A stretch of DNA of 32,000 nt, taken from Candidatus Iainarchaeum sp. Its GTDB lineage: Archaea; Iainarchaeota; Iainarchaeia; Iainarchaeales; VGJJ01. The notes beneath the pieces were generated by a model. It ran no database searches. It was given only the letters and a program-made list of their open reading frames with translations, and was not told the DNA's origin. Shown in pieces: positions 17,356 through 25,800 of this stretch. How positions within the stretch are numbered: position 1 is the stretch's first letter; each line of letters begins with the position of its first letter. The DNA is taken from positions 386,566-418,565 of the forward strand of contig JAUYHT010000002.1 of assembly GCA_030688545.1 (NCBI GenBank), read 5' to 3'. The position numbers and the translations under genes were made by a program.

Positions 17356-17534
17356 GTGAATGGGCAATTATGTATAAATATACTACGTACGCTCCGTGAC
17401 TTTGTAAAGATCCAACCGGAAAAAAACCGCTCATTTGACTTATTATTTTGCTGGTCCCGGACACAATGCTTATAGCCATTTAGCCCTTATTCTTCCTATA
17501 GCGCCCGGAAAAGACGCTCTGATCCCCCCCTCCC

Positions 17535-18065
17535 ATGCTCGATGAATTCATGATCCCCAAGGAACGGATCGCCGTCCTTATCGGCCCTAATGGGCAAACC
17601 AAGAAAGAAATCGAGCAGCGCACCCACTGCCGAATGGGAATAGACAGCAAATCCGGGGACATTTCAATCGAAGGGGAGGACGCCTCCCACGTCCTCACCG
17701 CGGGAAACGTGGTCAAGGCTATTGGACGCGGTTTTTCCCCCCCGCATGCCTTCCGCCTATTCGAGGAAGACCATTACTTCGAGATCATCTACCTTCCTGA
17801 TTTGCTAGGGAAAGACTGGAAAACCCTCCAATCCAAAAAGGGCCGCATCATTGGGAAAGAAGGGATCATCCGAAAGAAGATCGAACAGGACACCCACACC
17901 CTCATCTCGGTGTATGGGAAGACCATTTCCATCATCGGGAAACCCGATGCCCTAGCCCGAGCCGTGCAGGCTGTTACGATGCTGGTCAAAGGAGCGGAGC
18001 ACGCCACTGTATTAAATTACTTACGCCAATCACTCACAGCGCCCGAGGAGTTCGAATTCAGGTGA
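17535..18065 (+). CDS. KH-domain RNA-binding protein (archaeal Dim2/Pno1-like)
   Basis: Two KH-like units: IAVLIGPNGQTKKEIEQRT and RIIGKEGIIRKKIEQDT. Position after the Rio kinase matches the usual archaeal gene order. Confidence 0.85.
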   Translation: MLDEFMIPKERIAVLIGPNGQTKKEIEQRTHCRMGIDSKSGDISIEGEDASHVLTAGNVVKAIGRGFSPPHAFRLFEEDHYFEIIYLPDLLGKDWKTLQSKKGRIIGKEGIIRKKIEQDTHTLISVYGKTISIIGKPDALARAVQAVTMLVKGAEHATVLNYLRQSLTAPEEFEFR

Positions 18066-19780
18066 AACCCAAAATTATGCCCGACGAAAAAACACTGACC
18101 CGAATCGCCAATCCCACCGCGGATGACCTGGCGAAGGAATTCCGCGAGCATTCCGTGGCGGAATTCTTCAAGAAGAACAAGCAAATGCTCGGGTTAAGTG
18201 GCAAGACGAAAGCACTCACCACCATCATTCATGAATACATCACCAACTCCCTGGACGCGTGCGAGAATGCCAACATCCTGCCTGAAATCGAGGTTCATAT
18301 CAAGGAGCTGGAGGCCGAACACTATGAGGTTACGGTGGCCGACAACGGCCCTGGGTTGACACGCGAAACAGTGGGAAAAGCATTCGGCCAATTGCTCGCA
18401 GGAACCAAATTCCATCGCCTCATGCAGATGCGTGGACAACAAGGGATAGGCGCCAGCGGCGCCACCATGCTCTCCCAGATGACGACAGGAAAAGAGATCC
18501 ATGTCATCACCGGAAATGATAAGGAAGTTATTTCCTGCGACCTGTCCATCGACGCCAAATACAACCAACCCAAAGTCCACAACATCAAGATTCTTACTCG
18601 AAAATTCCGCGGCACCATCGTGAAGGCGGAATTCAAGGAAATGAAATACGTAAACAACGAACAAGGCCCCCTCGAATACGTGCGACGCACCGCCATTGCC
18701 AACCCCCACGCCAAACTAACCTTTACCGACCCATCCGGACAAACCATCGCATTCGAACGCACCGCCAAAACCATTCCTGACAAACCAGAGGAAGTCAAGC
18801 CCCACCCTCGCGGGGTGACAGTGGACGAACTGCTCAACCTCGCCAAATACACCCAAGCCAGACGCACCAATAGCTTTCTCAAAATCGAATTAGATAGAAT
18901 GGGGGATACCGCAGTCAAAGAAGTGGGGGAAAAGGTATCTTTCGACCTGAACAAGGACCCCCACGCCCTTTCATGGAGGGAGATCGAGGAAATGGTGAAA
19001 GCATTCAAAGACATTACCTTCATCGCCCCCCGCACCGATGCCTTACGCCCTATCGGGGAAGAGCAGATCAAGAGAAGCCTCCAAACGATTGTGGAGCCTG
19101 AATTTTTGTCCGTGGTGACACGGAAACCCCAAGTGTCAGAGGGCGGATATCCTTTCCAGGTGGAAGTTTCAGTCTGTTATGGGGGTAAGGCCGGCCGCCG
19201 GGTGGGGGATGAGATGCGCATCGAGATCATGCGCTTTGCCAACCGCGCCCCGCTCCTGTTCGACACGGGGGGTTGTGGCATCACGGAGGCGGTGAAAACC
19301 GTGGAGTGGAAACGCTATGGCATCAGAGACTCGGAAACCGCTCCCCTAACGGTATTCGTGAACCTCATTTCCGTCCACATCCCCTACACGGGAGCGGGGA
19401 AGCAAGCCATTTCCAACGACGAAGAGATCGTGGAAGAAATCCGATTGGCCCTCATGGAATCGGGACGGAAGACTGCCCGCTATATCATCAGCAAAGAACA
19501 CGAACGCCTCAAACAAGAGAAGAAACGCATCTACATGAAATACGCCATCGAAGTGGCCATCGGATTAGGAGAACTCATAGAAAAAGATCCCAAACCCATC
19601 GAGCACAAACTATTGGAAACCGTCGCCAAACGCCTGAAACTGGATGAACAACAAGAAAAGAAGATGGAAGCCCAGACCGATGAGGATTTAGAAAAGGAAC
19701 TGGAACGCTTGAACAAAGAAGATAAGAAAAAAGGCAAGGCGAAGAAGCCGGCCGAAAATGAGGAAGGCGGTGAGGAATAA
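18062..19780 (+). CDS. top6B: DNA topoisomerase VI subunit B
   Basis: GHKL/Bergerat-fold motifs HEYITNSLDA, VADNGPGL and GQQGIGASG. The track's GTG start at 18062 overlaps the KH gene stop by 4 nt; the alternative ATG is at 18077. Highly charged C-terminal tail. Confidence 0.95.
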   Translation: MKPKIMPDEKTLTRIANPTADDLAKEFREHSVAEFFKKNKQMLGLSGKTKALTTIIHEYITNSLDACENANILPEIEVHIKELEAEHYEVTVADNGPGLTRETVGKAFGQLLAGTKFHRLMQMRGQQGIGASGATMLSQMTTGKEIHVITGNDKEVISCDLSIDAKYNQPKVHNIKILTRKFRGTIVKAEFKEMKYVNNEQGPLEYVRRTAIANPHAKLTFTDPSGQTIAFERTAKTIPDKPEEVKPHPRGVTVDELLNLAKYTQARRTNSFLKIELDRMGDTAVKEVGEKVSFDLNKDPHALSWREIEEMVKAFKDITFIAPRTDALRPIGEEQIKRSLQTIVEPEFLSVVTRKPQVSEGGYPFQVEVSVCYGGKAGRRVGDEMRIEIMRFANRAPLLFDTGGCGITEAVKTVEWKRYGIRDSETAPLTVFVNLISVHIPYTGAGKQAISNDEEIVEEIRLALMESGRKTARYIISKEHERLKQEKKRIYMKYAIEVAIGLGELIEKDPKPIEHKLLETVAKRLKLDEQQEKKMEAQTDEDLEKELERLNKEDKKKGKAKKPAENEEGGEE

Positions 19781-20883
19781 TGGTCGACACCAAGACAAAA
19801 GACAAGGAAGTCATCAAGAAACTCGAGGGATTGGGTGAACAAGTCTATAAGCAGATCAACCAAGGCGCCAATCCCACGGTGGCACTGCCCGTGCGCTCCC
19901 TCGGAAATATTTTCTTCGACCAGAAATCCCGCACCATCAAATTGGGAGACAAGATGTCCGAACGCCAATTCCTCAACATCGCCCACACCCGGAAATTCAT
20001 GCAGACCATGCTCGTGGCGAACGAAATCAAGAAAGTCATCCATGAAAACGCGACTGTTTCCATCCGTGACCTCTATTACGCGCTCAAGCACACCATCGAA
20101 GGAACTAATGAAAATACTTTCGAGAATCAGGATGAGAGCGATCCTCTGATCGAGGACCTGGAAGCCTCGCTCAACCTGCTCCGCGAAGAGTTGCATCTTG
20201 CGGCCTCCGCCAAGGGCATCATCTCCGGGCCCATGGTCGTGAAGGATGGTAACGATACAATAGACCTCACGCGAATGGGGAGTGGAGGATGGAGCGTCCC
20301 ATCTAATGTGGAGGAGGACCGCATTGAGATCAAGAAGATGGAGGCGGATTATGTCCTGTTCATTGAAAAGGACGCCGTGTGGCGGCGCTTCAACGAAGAT
20401 AAGTTCTGGAAGAAAAACAACTGCATCATCATCACCGGAAGAGGGCAAGCGGCTCGGGGGGAAAGAAGACTCGTCCAGCGCCTCAACAAGGAACACAAAC
20501 TCCCCATCTACGCGCTCATGGATGCCGACCCGTGGGGGATGTACATCTATTCTGTGATAAAACAGGGAAGCATCTCCCTCTCCTACTCGGAAGAAAAGCT
20601 CGCCACCCCAGATACCAAATACATCGGCCTGACGGTGGGGGATGTGGAGACATTCAAAATCCCAAAAGAAGTCACTATCAAGCTGAACCAATTGGACATT
20701 AAGCGGTTGAATGAATTACAATCGTATGAATGGTTCAAGCACAAGAAATGGCAGGCCGAATTCGACTTGATGAAGCAGAAAAACATCAAGATGGAACTCG
20801 AGGCCCTCTCCAAGAAAGGCATCCGCTTCATCACCGAAACGTATTTGCCTCAGAAAATCAAGGAAGAAGACTTTTTGCCGTGA
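19780..20883 (+). CDS. top6A: DNA topoisomerase VI subunit A (Spo11 family)
   Basis: TAATG overlap with top6B. Catalytic-Tyr region SIRDLYYAL and Toprim motif ALMDADPWGMYIY. Confidence 0.95.
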   Translation: MVDTKTKDKEVIKKLEGLGEQVYKQINQGANPTVALPVRSLGNIFFDQKSRTIKLGDKMSERQFLNIAHTRKFMQTMLVANEIKKVIHENATVSIRDLYYALKHTIEGTNENTFENQDESDPLIEDLEASLNLLREELHLAASAKGIISGPMVVKDGNDTIDLTRMGSGGWSVPSNVEEDRIEIKKMEADYVLFIEKDAVWRRFNEDKFWKKNNCIIITGRGQAARGERRLVQRLNKEHKLPIYALMDADPWGMYIYSVIKQGSISLSYSEEKLATPDTKYIGLTVGDVETFKIPKEVTIKLNQLDIKRLNELQSYEWFKHKKWQAEFDLMKQKNIKMELEALSKKGIRFITETYLPQKIKEEDFLP

Positions 20884-21060
20884 TCCGCCGTGGAAAATGG
20901 TTCTGATTTCCAGATCTCTTTGGACGAAAAGCCTAGGTTACAAGGGACAAGGACTGAAAGCCATTTTTGAATTATATTCCCAAAAAAAAATCTTTTGGTC
21001 CAACCACTTCTAAAATGTTCAAATAACAACCTTTTTAATCGCGGATTTCTTGCAAAATGC

Positions 21061-22431
21061 ATGCCCCCTGCACTGGAATCCGCTTTTTCCGCCAGACGCA
21101 TCGCGGTCATTGGCGCTTCCCGGAACCCGGGTAAAATAGGGTATGTGGTGCTCGAGAATTTTGTTAAGGGCGGATTCTCTGGGAAGATTTTCCCCGTTAA
21201 TCCCCACGCGGAGAAAATCCTGGACCTGAAAACCTATTCCTCTATATTGAAGGTCCCTGGACGCGTGGATTTGGCGATCATTACCGTCCCCGCCGCACTC
21301 GTACCAAAAGTATTAGAAGAATGCGGCCGGAAGAAAGCGGGGAGTATTGTCATCATTTCTGCCGGTTTTTCTGAAATAGGAAATATGGAACTGACCACGC
21401 AGGTAGAAAAGGTGATGGAAAAGTACCCCCGCATGCCGGTCATCGGACCCAACTGCTTGGGGATTTTGGATACGCGCTCACACGTGGACACGCTGTTCCT
21501 CCCCCGCTACCGATTAGGAAGACCTAAACCCGGGGTCATCTCATTCATCTCCCAATCCGGGGCACTGGGAAGCGCCGTGCTGGATTGGGCGGGAAACAAG
21601 GAGTATGGCATCAACAAATTCGTTTCCTATGGAAACGCCATGGACGTGGATGAGGCGGAGCTCATCGAATATTTGGCGCAGGACGACACTACGAAAGTCA
21701 TATGCGTCTATTTGGAAGGCGTCCGAAATGGGAAGAAATTCTTCCATACGGCCCAAAAACTTTCAAAGAAAAAACCTGTGATCGTCATCAAAGGAGGGAT
21801 GAGCGTGGCGGGAGGAAAAGCCACGGCGTCGCACACCGGGAGCCTTGCAGGGAGTGGAAAAGTATTTGAGGCCGTGGTGGACCAGACAGGGTTGATTCCC
21901 GCACGGACGATGCAGGAAGTGTTTGATTTTGCCCGCACGATTGCCAGTGAACCTCTTCCCAAGGGGAACCGGGTCCAAATAATTACCAATGGGGGTGGGT
22001 ATGGGGTGTTGGCCACGGATGCCCTGGAAGACACTGGACTGGCCCTCGCAACCATGCGGGAAAAGAATCGAAAACCCATCATCGCCGTGTCTCCCTCCTA
22101 CGCGGTAATACGGAATCCCATGGACCTGACGGGAGACGCGGACAACCACCGCTTTCTTGTTGCGGTGGAGAACACGCTCAACGATCCTAATGTGGACAGC
22201 CTCATCCTCATCATGCTCTTCCAGGTCCCCACCCTCGATTCGGACATCATCGAGGGGTTGAGTGAACTATTGACCAAGCGTAAAAAACCGGTGCTCCTGC
22301 TCAGCGCGGGAGGAGAATTTGCCCAGATGCATATGAAACTATTGGAAAAAGAAGGCGTGAACACATTTGATGATCCCCATCAGGCGGCCCGGGCCCTGCA
22401 AGCGCTGACCAGATATGCCGAGAAAAAATAA
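21061..22431 (+). CDS. Acetyl-CoA synthetase (ADP-forming) alpha-like / CoA-binding succinyl-CoA-synthetase-fold protein
   Basis: RIAVIGASRNPGKIGY (CoA-binding Rossmann fold), IISAGFSE, GPNCLGI, and the ASHTGSLAG phosphohistidine loop. Start trimmed to the ATG at 21061. No ATP-grasp beta subunit is adjacent. Confidence 0.8.
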   Translation: MPPALESAFSARRIAVIGASRNPGKIGYVVLENFVKGGFSGKIFPVNPHAEKILDLKTYSSILKVPGRVDLAIITVPAALVPKVLEECGRKKAGSIVIISAGFSEIGNMELTTQVEKVMEKYPRMPVIGPNCLGILDTRSHVDTLFLPRYRLGRPKPGVISFISQSGALGSAVLDWAGNKEYGINKFVSYGNAMDVDEAELIEYLAQDDTTKVICVYLEGVRNGKKFFHTAQKLSKKKPVIVIKGGMSVAGGKATASHTGSLAGSGKVFEAVVDQTGLIPARTMQEVFDFARTIASEPLPKGNRVQIITNGGGYGVLATDALEDTGLALATMREKNRKPIIAVSPSYAVIRNPMDLTGDADNHRFLVAVENTLNDPNVDSLILIMLFQVPTLDSDIIEGLSELLTKRKKPVLLLSAGGEFAQMHMKLLEKEGVNTFDDPHQAARALQALTRYAEKK

Positions 22432-22436
22432 GCTGT

Positions 22437-23765
22437 TCAGGATAACCGCTGTTGCGGCTCCACTATTTTTGAAGGAAGAATAGGAGCGTTTCCTGGATCT
22501 GGCGCCTGGATAAGTTCCCCTTGTTCCAATTGCGCGACAATCCGCTCGAGGTTCTGCTTGTCCTCCAGGAGTTCGAACAACGTCTTCACGTCCATTCTGT
22601 CCTTGGCATTGGTCTGGTTCACGTTCTGCTCCAACAGTCCTAATCCCATTTGAGCGATGCTGCGCTTGGACGCATGCAAAGCGCGCAACTCCTCCACCTT
22701 GAAAACGAAAGGGGAGCCATTAAACCGCTTCGCGGGGGAGAAAAGGGCTTTCCCGGAGAATTCGAGCAGCACCTTCCCCAGATCCACATCTGCCTGGGAA
22801 TAGCCTTTAGCCAGGGTGCCCTTCAATTTGATTCTGTATAAGGGCAACAACCCCACGTGGGACGTCAGGTCTTTGGAAATTATCTCCCGGCAACGCTTTA
22901 GGATATTCTCGGGCCGGGCATCCTTGAACTTAAGGCAATGATAATAGAGTTTTCGCTGTTCGGGGAGGCGATGAAAAACCAATTCCCGGGTGCGGGTGTC
23001 ATAGAGGTACCATCCCTTCTCCTTCTGCCCCTCCAACCGTTTCATTTGAGTAAACACCGTGGATCCTGGAATGATCAAGCGTTTCCCCCCCCATTCCGTG
23101 AGGGAGGTCCAATGCAAATGCCCGTTAACGAGAAGATCGAAGCCCGAGGGAAGATCTTCCAATCCGATGGTGGCGACCATATCATCCTTGGAAGGAAGGA
23201 ATTCCTTGATGGACTGGTGGAGGACGAGGAGATTGGGCATGCCCGCTTTTGGTTGGGGGTTATATAGTTTCAGGGCTTCAAGGGCGCGCTTCTCGGGAAT
23301 ACCTGGCATACCATGAATGGCCACTTTTTCTGTTTCCCCACCAGGACCTTTTTTTTCCACCTCCACATGGGACGCGTGCAAACACACAAGGAAATTTCCG
23401 GTGTGCAACACATGCAACGCATTCGTGAGTCCCTTGGCACGGTATTCGTGCGTGCCCGCGATGGCGATGACGGGAATTCCCTGGAAAGAAAAAGCATTGG
23501 CATCCCCCTCCCGGGGAAAATGGGTGATGGAAATATTTTCAGGGGAAGGGGCCCGCTGGAGAATTCTGAAAAGGGTGAAACACTCATCCCATACCTCCTG
23601 CTCGGGAATCTTGTGGTCGAAAAGGTCCCCGGGGTGAAGGATCACATCCGGCTTCTCTTGGATGATGCCCTCCACGGCCTGCCTGAAACCCGCGAACGCA
23701 TCCTCCCCCCGGGAGGTTCCGCGGGCATACCCCAAATGGGTGTCGGAAACGATGGCGATGCGCAT
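22437..23765 (-). CDS. mre11: Mre11/SbcD-family DNA repair nuclease (metallophosphoesterase)
   Basis: Phosphoesterase motifs in order: IVSDTHLG, PGDLFDH, IAGTHE, LVLHQ and NGHLH. The likely start is MRIAIV at 23765; the track start is 23789. Confidence 0.85.
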   Translation of the reverse strand: MRIAIVSDTHLGYARGTSRGEDAFAGFRQAVEGIIQEKPDVILHPGDLFDHKIPEQEVWDECFTLFRILQRAPSPENISITHFPREGDANAFSFQGIPVIAIAGTHEYRAKGLTNALHVLHTGNFLVCLHASHVEVEKKGPGGETEKVAIHGMPGIPEKRALEALKLYNPQPKAGMPNLLVLHQSIKEFLPSKDDMVATIGLEDLPSGFDLLVNGHLHWTSLTEWGGKRLIIPGSTVFTQMKRLEGQKEKGWYLYDTRTRELVFHRLPEQRKLYYHCLKFKDARPENILKRCREIISKDLTSHVGLLPLYRIKLKGTLAKGYSQADVDLGKVLLEFSGKALFSPAKRFNGSPFVFKVEELRALHASKRSIAQMGLGLLEQNVNQTNAKDRMDVKTLFELLEDKQNLERIVAQLEQGELIQAPDPGNAPILPSKIVEPQQRLS

Positions 23766-23904
23766 GGAAAGAATAGGACTCAAAACCATTTAAGAGTTGA
23801 CCTAGGAGATTGGCTATATGGGGATTTAAGTGTGAAATAGGATACGCCAGAATCTTAACTTGCCAATACTGGCAGACGCACCCCTCCTGCGAAAGACGAG
23901 CAGA

Positions 23905-24654
23905 CTACTTCTTTCCTCGGATGAAACAAAACGTAAGAGTAGATTCAATTTCATTTTGATCCGAATGAAATGTCATTTTGTATTTCTCGCGATACCATTC
24001 AGGTAGATTCATGCAAATGGAAATAATCTCGTCTTTTTGTTTTGCGGATGCCTGTTTTGATTCACAAAAACCGCTCAGCCATTTTTTGTGCAGCTTTCCG
24101 ACACGCTGCTCGGTAACAATTATTCCGAATTGCTCGAATAAAGCACGTATCAGTTCATGGGACGGGAAAAGAGGATGGTGAGGCTCAGTCACACGAACGA
24201 TACTAGCAACAAATTCACGCTCGTTTTCGAATACAGCCCCCTCGATTACAAGCATTTTTCCACCAGTTTTCAATACGCGATGCATCTCACGAAAAGCCTT
24301 ATCGGGATTGACAAAATTTTGTAAAAGATTTCGACAGAGTACAAGATCAAATGATTTATCTAAAAATGGAAGATTTTCCCCATCTCCAACAACCAATTTG
24401 AACGATGGATGTGTCCTTTTGCATTCTGCTATCATTTCCTTTGAAATATCAACCCCCGTTAAATTTTTTATTTTAAGAAAATTCTCAAAATCTCCCTTTC
24501 CGATTCCAACGTCCAATGCAACTTCGTCTCCTGAAATATTTGCAAACTCAATAAGTTCAGTGTTGAATTCAATGTTTTTAACCCAAACTTTGCTATCCCA
24601 CGTCTTCGCAATTCGATCATAGGTGCGCTGAGTTTCCTCTTTTATCATAAACAA
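23905..24654 (-). CDS. Class I SAM-dependent methyltransferase (Methyltransf_11-like)
   Basis: Motif I VALDVGIGKGDF, post-I GVDISKEM, and LVLCRNLLQNF. The DNA is noticeably AT-rich compared with its neighbours. Confidence 0.8.
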   Translation of the reverse strand: MFMIKEETQRTYDRIAKTWDSKVWVKNIEFNTELIEFANISGDEVALDVGIGKGDFENFLKIKNLTGVDISKEMIAECKRTHPSFKLVVGDGENLPFLDKSFDLVLCRNLLQNFVNPDKAFREMHRVLKTGGKMLVIEGAVFENEREFVASIVRVTEPHHPLFPSHELIRALFEQFGIIVTEQRVGKLHKKWLSGFCESKQASAKQKDEIISICMNLPEWYREKYKMTFHSDQNEIESTLTFCFIRGKK

Positions 24655-24693
24655 TAAATGGCTAAATGCTATAAAAAAGATCAGGATAGATGG

Positions 24694-25377
24694 TTAGTAC
24701 CCTTTCCCGTGGGCGCGAGTAATATACCGGTTTTCGACCAGCCAGGGGGGAAGGTCTTTTACACTGGGAATGAGATGCTGAGGGTTCAAGCCGTGTTTGG
24801 TGAACATGGCTTTCGAATGGAAACCGGAGAGCACCCCGCAGAAATCGATGTTGTTTCCCCGCGCCGCGAAATAATCCACCGTGAGATCCCCCACATATAG
24901 TACTTCGTGCTTCCGAATCCTCTCTTTCTTCAATTCGAACAGCACCTCATCGAAAACCCGCGCGTCGGGCTTCTTGAAGCGCGTGCTCTGCTCGCCGAAA
25001 ACGAAGAGGAAATTTTTGGGGTTCAACGCGGTATGAGAAATGCGTTCCCACAATTGGTCCGTGGGCTTGTTGGAAAGAATGGCCGTTTCAATGTGGTGCT
25101 CGCGGAGAAAATTAAGCGTATCCAAGGCGCCCGGGATGAGGGGATAACGGGTTCCCTTCCTAATCTCATGGTATTTGGCAATGAAGGCGTTCACGTCGTA
25201 ATGGGGAAATAATGCCACCACCATCGTGTGCCAGGGCTTTCCCCAATACCGGAGGAACATGTTGAAAGAGGGCTTGGGCAGCCCTAACGCACGGGCGGTG
25301 CGGCAGTGGTTCTGGAAGGATACCATCCCGCTTTTTACCAGCGTATCGTCGAAATCGAATATGACCGCCTTGAGCAT
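24694..25377 (-). CDS. HAD-superfamily hydrolase (phosphatase-like)
   Basis: Motif I VIFDFDDTLV (DxDxT), motif II ILSNK, and motif III/IV K...YVGDLTVDY. Confidence 0.85.
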   Translation of the reverse strand: MLKAVIFDFDDTLVKSGMVSFQNHCRTARALGLPKPSFNMFLRYWGKPWHTMVVALFPHYDVNAFIAKYHEIRKGTRYPLIPGALDTLNFLREHHIETAILSNKPTDQLWERISHTALNPKNFLFVFGEQSTRFKKPDARVFDEVLFELKKERIRKHEVLYVGDLTVDYFAARGNNIDFCGVLSGFHSKAMFTKHGLNPQHLIPSVKDLPPWLVENRYITRAHGKGY

Positions 25378-25503
25378 GCTCCAGGCAGGTACAAGGGCAT
25401 TAAAACCCTTTTCGGGATAAATTCCCTTGAAATAGGCCTACCGCGGGATTGACGAAAGGAAATCCATCAAGGTGGGCCGTCGCCCTCAAGGGGCGAAACC
25501 CTT

Positions 25504-25574
25504 GCGGGGGTGGCAGAACGGTTATGCGCCGGCCTGCAGAGCCGGAAAACCGAGTTCAACTCTCGGCCCCCGCT
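25504..25574 (+). tRNA. tRNA-Cys (anticodon GCA), no encoded CCA
   Basis: Hand-folded cloverleaf. Acceptor GCGGGGG/CCCCCGC. D arm GCA-loop-TGC with GG in the loop. Anticodon stem CCGGC/GCCGG with loop CTGCAGA. Four-nt variable loop. T arm CCGAG-TTCAACT-CTCGG. Discriminator U73, the known tRNA-Cys identity base. Confidence 0.85.
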
Positions 25575-25762
25575 TAGGGTTCCACGTTAAAACGCGGTGA
25601 AAATAGTCGAAAACCGCGCTTCAACTGGGAATCAGAATAACGGTCCCCGCTTCGAGTTACGAGTTAAAGTGCGGTAAAATAAAGTAAGAACACCGCACTT
25701 CAACACGGAATTCAAATAGCGGCTCCCGCTTGGGTCTTCGCGTTGAAGCGCGCACCAACTGG
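25564..25762 (+). repeat. About 2.7 tandem copies of a roughly 78-bp unit, each starting with a copy of the tRNA-Cys 3' end
   Basis: CGGCCCCCGCTT (25564-25575, tRNA 3' end), CGGTCCCCGCTT (25641-25652) and CGGCTCCCGCTT (25720-25731), spaced 77 and 79 bp apart. Units 1 and 2 carry hairpins CGCGGT/ACCGCG (25593-25598 / 25613-25618) and GTGCGGT/ACCGCAC (25669-25675 / 25692-25698), each followed by CTTCAAC. Units 2 and 3 match at 38 of 55 positions in my ungapped hand alignment. Confidence 0.65.
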
Positions 25763-25770
25763 ATTTAAAG
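25763..25770 (+). promoter_or_regulatory. Putative TATA box for the integrase
   Basis: ATTTAAAG lies about 31 nt upstream of the ATG at 25801, immediately after the last repeat unit. Confidence 0.35.
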
Positions 25771-25800
25771 AACTTGGAAAAGCCAAGGTGCGTGATCCAC

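Noticed and set aside
17356-17534. A C/D-box or other small RNA in the AT-rich Rio-KH spacer, and likewise in the spacer at 20884-21060.
   Set aside because: No RUGAUGA / CUGA box pairs with appropriate spacing could be found by eye. TATA-like sequences there are adequately explained as promoters for the downstream genes.
19531-20691. A 386-aa minus-strand ORF, together with other long antisense ORFs such as 18322-19071, 9303-9932 and 4974-5495.
   Set aside because: Each lies entirely inside a confidently identified gene on the other strand (top6B/top6A, mcm, aIF5A). Their translations are low-complexity or compositionally odd, and they are typical shadow ORFs in GC-moderate coding DNA.
25564-25762. 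Whether the ~78-bp tandem units could be a CRISPR array.
   Set aside because: There are only about 2.7 copies. The units are degenerate (about 70% identity) and contiguous, with no unique spacers between conserved repeats. No cas genes are present in the window.
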